Positions 24,964 to 32,000 of a DNA stretch of 32,000 bases are shown here, in pieces. Made by a program: the position numbers and the translations under genes. Below the pieces are notes generated by a model. It ran no database searches, was not told the DNA's origin, and worked only from the letters and a program-made list of their open reading frames with translations. Every line of letters starts with the position of its first letter. Position 1 is the first letter of the stretch. Source of the stretch: Nostoc sp. PCC 7120 = FACHB-418 (GTDB lineage Bacteria > Cyanobacteriota > Cyanobacteriia > Cyanobacteriales > Nostocaceae); the NCBI RefSeq assembly GCF_000009705.1, contig NC_003272.1:90001-122000 (forward strand). Reading direction: 5' to 3'.

Positions 24964-24984
24964 CCCAATACCCAATACCTAATC
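24964..24984. repeat. Heptamer array (CCCAATA CCCAATA CCTAATC)
   Basis: Three consecutive related heptamers in the spacer upstream of ORF 24126..24845. Confidence 0.6.
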
Positions 24985-25234
24985 TCTTTTATATACAATT
25001 CACTCTTTAGATACTCTTGTTTTGAGGAATTTGTCCTAGCCTTTACAACAAAGTGCTAAAGTTGAAAATAATTGGTGCGAAAAACTCCGTAACGGGCTGT
25101 CACCATTGAAAGTCCTAAAGACTTCTCACAAAATTGAGTGTAAGGGCTAAACAATGGTACTTGCTTTGTCAGGTGTGAATCAACACTCTCGATAGTGGAC
25201 ACCAATTTAGTTATACTACCCGAACCGCGTTGGC

Positions 25235-25786
25235 ATGGGTTTTTGGAAAACTTGGTTTAGTACTCCTGAATCTGCGACAAGTAGAACACAACCTCTTGAA
25301 GAACATACAGTAGACGCTACGGGCAACTCTAATCCGAAAAGCGACGCTTCGGCAGCTACAAGAAATGCGGAACGTATCGTTTTTAGCACCGAGCGAGATA
25401 TTGATCTGTATGAACTCGAAGAACTTTGTGATGCTGTAGGTTGGTCACGTCGTCCCTTAAGAAAAGTAAAGAAAGCCATTGAGCATAGTTTTCTCGTAGC
25501 CACAATGTGGCAAGTGCGAGGAAACCAAAGGCGGCTGATTGGTTTTGCCCGTGCTACCTCAGACCACGCTTTTAATGCCACTATTTGGGATGTGGTAGTT
25601 CACCCAGATTTTCAAGGTAAAGGACTGGGTAAAGCTTTGATGAAGTATGTACTTAAAAAACTCAGGAGTGAAGAAATTAGTAATGTGACCCTTTTTGCTG
25701 ATCCTCATGTTGTAGACTTCTACAGGACTATGGGTTTTATGCCAGATCCGGAAGGCATCAAAGGTATGTTTTGGTATCCTCATTAA
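25235..25786 (+). CDS. GNAT-family N-acetyltransferase with a roughly 45-aa low-complexity N-terminal extension
   Basis: 183 aa with acetyl-CoA binding motif A ([17 protein letters not shown]). It is paralogous to ORF 30149..30619 (shared [10 protein letters not shown]...ATIWDVV.HPD.QG.GLG). Confidence 0.85.
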   Translation: MGFWKTWFSTPESATSRTQPLEEHTVDATGNSNPKSDASAATRNAERIVFSTERDIDLYELEELCDAVGWSRRPLRKVKKAIEHSFLVATMWQVRGNQRRLIGFARATSDHAFNATIWDVVVHPDFQGKGLGKALMKYVLKKLRSEEISNVTLFADPHVVDFYRTMGFMPDPEGIKGMFWYPH

Positions 25787-25864
25787 ATTTTTCCGCTAAA
25801 GAAACATAGCCAATATCTAAAAAATCAGCTATGATAGCTAAAGCTTGTGTGAATAAAGTGAAAT

Positions 25865-25938
25865 CGGGATGTAGCGCAGCTTGGTAGCGCGCCTGCTTTG
25901 GGAGCAGGATGCCGCAGGTTCAAATCCTGTCATCCCGA
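25865..25938 (+). tRNA. tRNA-Pro (anticodon UGG)
   Basis: Hand-folded cloverleaf: acceptor CGGGATG/CATCCCG, D stem GCGC/GCGC, anticodon stem CCTGC/GCAGG with loop TTTGGGA, T arm GCAGG-TTCAAAT-CCTGT, discriminator A. CCA is not encoded. Confidence 0.92.
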
Positions 25939-25955
25939 TTAATATTACTGATAAG

Positions 25956-25994
25956 AAAAACCCATCCCCTGTTTTCAGAGGGATGGGTTTTTCT
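25956..25994 (+). terminator. Rho-independent terminator after tRNA-Pro
   Basis: AAAAACCCATCCC / GGGATGGGTTTTT forms a 13-bp perfect stem with an 11-nt loop and a T-rich tail. Confidence 0.75.
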
Positions 25995-26588
25995 TATGGA
26001 TAGAATCAGAACAATTAGAATTTACTATGCCATTTCTCAATTAATATTTTTAAAATACTATTAATGCCTGTATTTACACTGGAAAGATTAAATTAATTAT
26101 TTTATAACTATTGCCTATTAAGAATGAATTACAAAGATTTTTTCGTAAAATTAAATTCCGGAAACTAAATACATCTGTATAAAATCAAGCAGCAAATTAA
26201 CTAGCAATAGGAGGAACGATTAGCGGTTAAAAGCGTCCTCATATTGGGATAAGGGCAATAAAATGACATTGACCGTATTTACAAAAGCGGGAAAGTTTTC
26301 TGCCCGGTGACGGCTATATTTAACAGGCATCTACATGAATGTGTAGTAAATAGTTAAGCAAAACTGAGAAAAGTATAACTAAGACTACGGTCAACAGACA
26401 GCAACAATAGGACAACTATCCTTGAGAGTTGGAAAATCTAGCGCTTTAAGAGTAGATTAGGAGCATTTGACAACTACCACAACTTTTCTCATTTCCAAGA
26501 GATTGATATATAACTAAGACGGGTTGGTGGCGTGTAAATCCAACAATTTGTCTAACTCAACTGGAACACATTAAGACGAGGAATACTT

Positions 26589-27413
26589 ATGAAAGCATTG
26601 GTTCGCTGGGGCGCAACACTAGGTTTAGTTGGAAGTACTTTACTCGGAACATTATCTTTAGGTAGCCTTCCAGCAATAGCCTTATCAGAACAACAAATCA
26701 AAGAAAAGTTGGATAGCGTACCTATCTATTTAGTTACAAATGAAAAAGGTTTACCATTAAGCCGTCCTTTACCCAACGCGCCAAACGGCCAAAAGGCCGG
26801 TGGTTCAATCACTGGGGCTTATATGAGTCGGCAGGAAGCGCAGGCTTTTATTAACGAACTGCGGAACGCCAAAAATAAAGACCCCAAGATGCAGGAAATC
26901 GTCAAAAGCCTACAGGTGACAGCAGTGCCACTAGGGGTGATTTACCAGCAGTTGCAACAAACAAAAAAAGACCCTAATCGTCTGTTATTTGCTTTTAAAC
27001 CTGTAGATCAGGAAATTAAAGGGGCAATGGATTTATTGCGCCAAAGCGGTCAACAGGTAAATCAGTTTAAGAGTGTGCCGATGTTTGCTGTTAGATTTGC
27101 GCCAGATCAGGGTTATGTACCAATTAAAGTAGGTACTGGCAACGAACAAGTTGTACCACTATTTTTGAGCAAACAGGATGCACAAGGCTTATTGGGGCAA
27201 GTCAAGCCAAAACATCCCAAGGCGGATATTCAAGTTCTAGATATAGACGGTGTACTACAGACATTACAAGATAAGAATGATACTTGGCTCAATCAAGTTG
27301 TTTTAGTACCATCTCCAGAATCTAGAGAATATATTAGGACTCTACCCAAACCACCTAACACTCCTGCTGCCCCTAATCGTAACAATAATAACTCCCGACC
27401 TGGGGCAAAATAG
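26589..27413 (+). CDS. Tic22-like periplasmic chaperone
   Basis: 274 aa: signal peptide plus two repeated modules (VPIYLVTNEKGLPL... and VPMFAVRF...VVPLFLSKQDAQ) typical of cyanobacterial Tic22 homologues. Asn/Pro-rich tail. Confidence 0.8.
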   Translation: MKALVRWGATLGLVGSTLLGTLSLGSLPAIALSEQQIKEKLDSVPIYLVTNEKGLPLSRPLPNAPNGQKAGGSITGAYMSRQEAQAFINELRNAKNKDPKMQEIVKSLQVTAVPLGVIYQQLQQTKKDPNRLLFAFKPVDQEIKGAMDLLRQSGQQVNQFKSVPMFAVRFAPDQGYVPIKVGTGNEQVVPLFLSKQDAQGLLGQVKPKHPKADIQVLDIDGVLQTLQDKNDTWLNQVVLVPSPESREYIRTLPKPPNTPAAPNRNNNNSRPGAK

Positions 27414-27427
27414 AATTCACCTTAGGC

Positions 27428-28342
27428 ATGACAAATCGACAGGCAAATGTAGTTTCTGGTTTACAACTTTGGCAGTGGCGCATCAAAGCAAATCAAGCCG
27501 CGATCGCTCATAATATTCCCATAGCAGAAGTGGATTGGCTGTTGCAAGAGATAGCTGATTTAGACCGCTTGGCACTGCGTTTAGAGTCGTTTAAAGACTG
27601 GTCTGAAGTGCCGATGGGTTTATCTCTGGACAAGTTAGACCAACTTTGGCAGAGGCGATTAGGCGATCGCTTACCCGTACAGTACATCGCCGGAGTTACA
27701 CCTTGGCGCAAGTTCAAACTTACGGTGTCGAGCGCTGTTTTGATTCCTAGACCGGAAACTGAGTGCTTGATTGATTTAGCTGTAGCTGCTGTTGCTAACA
27801 GCGAATCGGCTATGCACTTACAACAAGGACATTGGGTAGACTTGGGAACGGGTAGTGGGGCGATCGCCTTGGGGTTAGCTGATGCTTTCCCTGAAGCCAC
27901 AATTCATGCTGTAGATTGCAGTGTGGAAGCTTTGGCGATCGCCCAGCAAAACGCCTGGAACGCAGGTTTATTTGATAGGATGCGATTTTATCAGGGTCGC
28001 TGGTGGGAGCCTTTAAGTTTGCTGAAAGGTCAATTTAATGGCATGGTATCTAACCCTCCTTATATTCCCAGCGACATTGTGCCTACGCTACAACCAGAAG
28101 TAGTAAACCATGAACCACATTTAGCCTTAGATGGCGGTGCGGATGGCTTAGATGCCATCCGCCATCTAATAGAAGTTGCCCCCAGTTATTTACGACCTGG
28201 GGGTATATGGTTAATTGAAATGATGGCGGGTCAAGCGGACGCGGTACAAGCTCTTCTGCTGCAACAGGGCAGTTATAGTAATATTCAAATTCACTCTGAT
28301 TTAGCTGGTATTGAGCGTTTCGCTTTAGCACAGATTCAGTGA
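27428..28342 (+). CDS. prmC: Peptide chain release factor N5-glutamine methyltransferase
   Basis: 304 aa with the SAM motif VDLGTGSGAIAL and the catalytic NPPY tetrapeptide (VSNPPYIP). It starts 14 nt after the Tic22-like stop. Confidence 0.92.
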   Translation: MTNRQANVVSGLQLWQWRIKANQAAIAHNIPIAEVDWLLQEIADLDRLALRLESFKDWSEVPMGLSLDKLDQLWQRRLGDRLPVQYIAGVTPWRKFKLTVSSAVLIPRPETECLIDLAVAAVANSESAMHLQQGHWVDLGTGSGAIALGLADAFPEATIHAVDCSVEALAIAQQNAWNAGLFDRMRFYQGRWWEPLSLLKGQFNGMVSNPPYIPSDIVPTLQPEVVNHEPHLALDGGADGLDAIRHLIEVAPSYLRPGGIWLIEMMAGQADAVQALLLQQGSYSNIQIHSDLAGIERFALAQIQ

Positions 28343-28414
28343 TGAGTTTTAAGTAGTATTCTTGAGTAAGAATTGCTTAAGTGTTAATTTGTAATTGATA
28401 ATTACAAGTTATTT

Positions 28415-28999
28415 ATGACTAGGGTTTCCTTAGAAACATTAATAGCTGGTGTGGGTGCTGGCGGTTTAGTTAGTTTCCCTACAGATACAGTGCCGGCGCT
28501 GGCGACTCTACCAGAGCAAGCAGAATTGATTTTTGCGGCTAAACAGCGCAGTCAGGACAAACCTCTAATTTTGATGGGTGCGAGTGCAGAAGATTTGTGG
28601 CCTTATGTAGAAGGTCGTGAGCAAGATAAGCAAATTTGGGAACAAGTTGTCAGTCAATATTGGCCTGGAGCATTGACATTAGTAGTACCAGCGAGTAAGC
28701 GCGTTCCCGAAGTGATGAATCCGATTGATCCCACAACTATTGGTATTCGTGTGCCTAAGAGTGCGATCGCTCAAAAGATTTTGTCACAAACTGGGCCTCT
28801 TGCCACGACTAGTGCTAATTTCTCAGGACAGCCAGCTTTACTAACAATGGCAGAGATTGATGCTCAGTTTCCCACAGTGTTGACACTGGAATCAACAGCA
28901 GTGGAAGCGGAGGGAATTGGCTTACCTTCTACTGTTGCCAAATGGACAGGTGAAAATTGGCAAATCTTGCGGCAAGGAGCAGTAAGTTTAGAGTTTTAG
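28415..28999 (+). CDS. tsaC: L-threonylcarbamoyladenylate synthase, short YrdC/TsaC type
   Basis: 194 aa with YrdC-domain motifs (FPTDTVPALA, KQRSQDKPLILM, TSANFSGQPA). It lacks the extra Sua5 C-terminal domain. Confidence 0.88.
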   Translation: MTRVSLETLIAGVGAGGLVSFPTDTVPALATLPEQAELIFAAKQRSQDKPLILMGASAEDLWPYVEGREQDKQIWEQVVSQYWPGALTLVVPASKRVPEVMNPIDPTTIGIRVPKSAIAQKILSQTGPLATTSANFSGQPALLTMAEIDAQFPTVLTLESTAVEAEGIGLPSTVAKWTGENWQILRQGAVSLEF

Positions 29000-29120
29000 G
29001 GCATAAAAAGGAGGAAAGTAGGGGAATATGGGGCAAAACGAAAAACTGAGAAAAGAACTATTTCCCTTTTTCTCCCTGCTCTCTACCTCTCTCCCCAGCC
29101 CGCAATCCCCACTTCCATTT

Positions 29121-29267
29121 TTTAGACAGTTATAATGTTGGTCTCCTGATTTTTAGGCAGTGAATTAGTGAAGAACTTGTTGGATCAAGCAGAACTGATG
29201 AACTAAAAAATAAGGAAACTGATTTTTATACTTTGTGGTCAATTTAACAAGTTAATAACTGTCTAAA
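29121..29267. repeat. 13-bp perfect inverted repeat bracketing the hepN upstream region
   Basis: TTTAGACAGTTAT (29121..29133, overlapping a TATAAT hexamer) pairs with ATAACTGTCTAAA (29255..29267, ending 1 nt before the hepN ATG). Confidence 0.6.
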
Positions 29268-29268
29268 T

Positions 29269-30186
29269 ATGAATTGGAGCAACTGGATATATCTAGGAGC
29301 CGGATTATTATTGGGGCTTGGTGTTCGTGGTTTATTTGCGCGGTCTACAAATGCCACTGCTAGCCAGTCCACAGTCACACTAGGGGAGCAAGAGTACACA
29401 TCACAACTCCAGCAACAGCTCCAAAACACACAGCTAGCCTATGAAATGGCCCAAGAGATGAGCCAGTTTAAAGGGGGTTTCTTAGCACGGACTACCCATG
29501 AATTGCGATCGCCTCTCAATGGTCTCATTGGTCTACATCAGTTAATTTTGTCTGATCTTTGTGAAGATCCAGCAGAAGAGCGGGAATTTATTACCCAAGC
29601 TCATGAGAGAGCTTTAAAGTTGCTGCATCTCATGGACGAAATCCTCAATGTAGCCAAGACAGAACACGGTAACAATAAATTAGATATTCAGCCAAAATCT
29701 TTAGCCGAAATTTTACAAGAAGTATATAAATTAACTTATATGCTGGCGGTGGATCGTAATTTAAAGTTGCAGATTTCGCCTCCCGACCCAGAGATTTATG
29801 TTTTGGCAGATGCAAGATGGCTAAGACAGGTATTGTTAAACTTAGTAGACACTGCCATTAGTCAAATGCAGGAAGGAAGTATCTTTATTTCTGCGAAGCT
29901 TACACCTGAAAGCGAATATGTTTCTATTTGGTTAGATTTACCTACTCATACTGTAGTTAAAAGTGAATCGATTGATTTACTCCGAATGACTGATGAATCT
30001 TTGCCGACCGATAAACGGAAAGCTGGTCTTTCTCCCAGTATGAAGCTATTACTTAATCAAAAACTGCTAACAGTGATGGGAGGAAAGTTAGAAATCCTAC
30101 CCTCTCCTGAATCCCATGCAGCAGAGCAATTAACTAGACTCGAATTGTCTATCCCCCTAACGATTCCTGAAGCTGAACTTCTGTAG
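29269..30186 (+). CDS. hepN: Membrane-anchored histidine kinase-like protein (HepN-like) with degenerate ATP-binding boxes
   Basis: 305 aa: one N-terminal TM and a clear H-box (FLARTTHELRSPLNGLIG, His77). The HATPase-like C-terminal half has divergent N, G1 and G2 boxes. The gene symbol comes from remembered synteny in Anabaena, with moderate certainty. Confidence 0.75.
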   Translation: MNWSNWIYLGAGLLLGLGVRGLFARSTNATASQSTVTLGEQEYTSQLQQQLQNTQLAYEMAQEMSQFKGGFLARTTHELRSPLNGLIGLHQLILSDLCEDPAEEREFITQAHERALKLLHLMDEILNVAKTEHGNNKLDIQPKSLAEILQEVYKLTYMLAVDRNLKLQISPPDPEIYVLADARWLRQVLLNLVDTAISQMQEGSIFISAKLTPESEYVSIWLDLPTHTVVKSESIDLLRMTDESLPTDKRKAGLSPSMKLLLNQKLLTVMGGKLEILPSPESHAAEQLTRLELSIPLTIPEAELL

Positions 30187-30619
30187 TAGTTAAAGAGCAA
30201 ATTCGGGGTTGATTGTGTAGCACCATAGTGGTGCTGTTATTAGCTTGGAAGCCGATTTTTTCGTAAAACTCCTGTCGATTGGTAGTCATTAAATATACTC
30301 GCTCCACCCACCTCATGCGGGGATGGGCTAAGACAGTTTCGACTAATTTGCTTCCTAAGCCATTACCTTGGTAGTCTGGATGGATGACAACATCCCAAAT
30401 CGTGGCGCGATATATGCCATCGGAGGTTGCTCTAGCAAAACCAATTAGATGCTCTGCGTCCCAAACAGAAATTACCGGCTCACTATTGGCAATAGCTATA
30501 CCTAAATCCTCAATACTGCGTCCTTTCGCCCAAAAAGCAGAAATATTAAATAGCTGTTGGAGTTGATAAAGGTCTACTTCAGACTGGCGATTACGAAACT
30601 GGATCTGAGGATAGCTCAT
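30149..30619 (-). CDS. GNAT-family N-acetyltransferase
   Basis: 156 aa with motif A (VVIHPDYQGNGLGSKLV). It is a paralogue of 25235..25786, and its 3' end overlaps the hepN 3' end by 38 nt. Confidence 0.85.
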   Translation of the reverse strand: MSYPQIQFRNRQSEVDLYQLQQLFNISAFWAKGRSIEDLGIAIANSEPVISVWDAEHLIGFARATSDGIYRATIWDVVIHPDYQGNGLGSKLVETVLAHPRMRWVERVYLMTTNRQEFYEKIGFQANNSTTMVLHNQPRICSLTTTEVQLQESLGG

Positions 30620-30724
30620 GTATAGTTGCTCCGATAGGGCAGTATTTTTACTGTCTTTTAGTCCTATTTTGCAAGAAATTATCGTAAATGTGTATGTATA
30701 TGCAACTATTTTCCAGTTGAGTTT

Positions 30725-31138
30725 TTAATGGAAAATCCACTTCCATAGAGGGTGTGTTGGCCCCTGCTGACGGATATGAAACACTTGCTTTTCGAGGCGC
30801 TGCTTTTCCTCTTGTGGTAGACCCAGCAAAATATTCCGACTCTGCCAAACTAAAATAGCAGCCGTCATCCCTATACACAAACCTAAACCCAAGGTAGACA
30901 GTGGATGGTAAAAGAGTCCATAACGCACTGCTACCCAAGTAAAATATTGTTGCCACAAAGCAATTTCTGCCCGTAAATTCCATAGAGAAACAGGTGCAAC
31001 TGTTAGCCATAAACAGCCAACAAAACACCACCTACCATACACGGTTAACTGGTGTAGTCTCTGCACTTGTTCAACTAAAGATGACTCATTATCTTCTGTA
31101 TGATTGCTAGAGCTTGGGGGTTGTTCTGGTTCATCCAT
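30725..31138 (-). CDS. Hypothetical membrane protein (acidic N-terminus, 2-3 TM segments)
   Basis: 137-aa ORF directly downstream of secF on the same strand. Its hydrophobic segments (WCFVGCLWLTVAPVSLW, LSTLGLGLCIGMTAAILVW) make it preferable to the overlapping alternative-frame ORF 30648..31031. Confidence 0.6.
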   Translation of the reverse strand: MDEPEQPPSSSNHTEDNESSLVEQVQRLHQLTVYGRWCFVGCLWLTVAPVSLWNLRAEIALWQQYFTWVAVRYGLFYHPLSTLGLGLCIGMTAAILVWQSRNILLGLPQEEKQRLEKQVFHIRQQGPTHPLWKWIFH

Positions 31139-31146
31139 AGGCTACG

Positions 31147-31174
31147 GGGGATTGGGTAATGGGTAATGGGTAAT
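31147..31174. repeat. Heptamer array (GGGGATT GGGTAAT GGGTAAT GGGTAAT)
   Basis: Four consecutive heptamers fill the spacer between the secF stop (31177) and the start of ORF 30725..31138. Confidence 0.8.
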
Positions 31175-31176
31175 GG

Positions 31177-32000
31177 CTACTGTGTATCAGCTACCTCTGT
31201 GTTTGGTACTACTGTAGATGAACTGTTACGCTCACGCCACAGTGTCAGTAGGGTGCTGGCGATGAAGATACTGGAATAAGCTCCTGCTAAGAAGCCAAAA
31301 ATTAAAGCTAGAGCAAAGTTTTTCAGGGTTTCGCCACCAAATAAATAGATTGCGAACAATGGCAACATGGTAGTCAAGGTTGTATTAATTGACCTTCCCA
31401 GGGTTTGGTTCACTGCATCATCGACAATATCAGCGATGGGGCGATTGGGGTCTAGTTTTAGGGTTTCTCGGATGCGATCGTATATCACTACTGTATCGTT
31501 GACAGAGAAACCTGTAATTGTCAGTAGAGCTACGATAAATAAGCTATCGACTTCAGTACCGAAAACTAAACCGAAAATTGAGAATATGCCTGCTGTGATT
31601 AAGACATCATGAAATAGAGCAATGATGGCAAATAAGGCATAGTCTAATTGGAAGCGGAAGTTTAAGTAAATGATGATGCCTACGAAGGATACAATCAGAG
31701 CGATCATCCCTGAGGTAAACAATTCTCTGCCTAAGGTAGGCCCGACTGTATCAAACTGATTTTTCTGTTCGTCAAAAGACCCAATTTTTTCGCTTAAGGC
31801 ATTTTGTAAATTAGTCCGTTGCTCACGCTCTAAGGTTTTGGTACGGATTGAGATGCCGTTTTCTGCTCCTGTTTCTCTATCGGTGATAATTTGAATACTG
31901 CTGTCACCTAGACCTTGGGCTTTGGCTACTTCCCGCACAACGTTAATATCAATTGGTTGGTCGCAGTTTCCAGGTTTGGTGCAGTCGCGTTCAAACTGTA
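31177..32000 (-). CDS. secF: Protein translocase subunit SecF (5' end beyond the window)
   Basis: SecF membrane-domain pattern ([24 protein letters not shown]..., [16 protein letters not shown]). The frame stays open upstream of the track's GTG at 31938 to the window edge, so the gene is truncated by the window. Confidence 0.9.
   Translation of the reverse strand, partial: QFERDCTKPGNCDQPIDINVVREVAKAQGLGDSSIQIITDRETGAENGISIRTKTLEREQRTNLQNALSEKIGSFDEQKNQFDTVGPTLGRELFTSGMIALIVSFVGIIIYLNFRFQLDYALFAIIALFHDVLITAGIFSIFGLVFGTEVDSLFIVALLTITGFSVNDTVVIYDRIRETLKLDPNRPIADIVDDAVNQTLGRSINTTLTTMLPLFAIYLFGGETLKNFALALIFGFLAGAYSSIFIASTLLTLWRERNSSSTVVPNTEVADTQ

Noticed and set aside
24990-25234. A possible structured RNA or riboswitch upstream of the GNAT gene (short hairpins AAGTC/GACTT, CTCA/TGAG, GGTGT...ACACC).
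   Set aside because: These are only short 4-5 bp stems of the kind expected by chance. They resemble no riboswitch class I can recall.
25216-25783. Minus-strand ORFs 25216..25581 and 25559..25783 opposite the GNAT gene.
   Set aside because: They are shadows of a gene with a clear acetyl-CoA binding motif.
30648-31031. 127-aa ORF overlapping ORF 30725..31138 in another frame on the same strand.
   Set aside because: The two are mutually exclusive. The 137-aa frame has coherent TM segments and a start right after the secF spacer, so it is preferred. Neither call is certain.
1-32000. A search for CRISPR arrays, IS elements or transposases, integrases, phage genes, restriction-modification or other defence cassettes, and rRNA genes.
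   Set aside because: I found no direct-repeat/spacer periodicity, no DDE, tyrosine or serine recombinase-like ORFs, and no nuclease, helicase or methylase clusters. All larger ORFs are accounted for by housekeeping or developmental genes. The only repeats are short STRR-like and HIP1-type elements and small inverted repeats.

Overview
This window looks like core chromosome of a filamentous, heterocyst-forming cyanobacterium of the Nostoc/Anabaena type. Supporting signs are dense GCGATCGC (HIP1) palindromes (e.g. 1721..1728, 2153..2160, 3857..3864), STRR-like heptamer arrays in intergenic spacers, and photosystem I genes. From memory, the gene order resembles the mreB-to-hepN neighbourhood of Nostoc sp. 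PCC 7120; I cannot verify that here. I call 31 protein genes and one tRNA:
- Cell shape and septal wall: mreB, tandem amiC1/amiC2 amidases, murI.
- Heterocyst patterning: hetZ-patU5-patU3.
- Photosystem I: psaF, psaJ (missing from the ORF track), psaL.
- Translation and tRNA modification: tsaD, prmC, tsaC, tRNA-Pro.
- Other housekeeping: a short ssb, solanesyl-PP synthase, remA-gmk, a Tic22-like protein, secF.
- A HepN-like histidine kinase, two paralogous GNATs and several conserved unknowns.
I see no transposase, integrase, CRISPR array, prophage or recognisable defence island, and no strong evidence for a wholly new multi-gene system. The most interesting material is regulatory and architectural:
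- A candidate HetR operator and hetZ promoter lie inside the upstream divergent gene.
- patU5 and patU3 form one reading frame split by a single TGA.
- A transglutaminase-like protein has its Cys-His-Asp triad replaced by Pro-Tyr-Asp at conserved spacing.
- The histidine kinase has degenerate ATP-binding boxes.
- A perfect cyanobacterial LexA box sits in front of the short ssb.
- About 1 kb (10.7-11.7 kb) has no sizeable ORF and carries hairpins, a TCCGGA motif and sub-threshold ORFs.
All functional calls rest on motif recognition and remembered family knowledge; no database search was possible.
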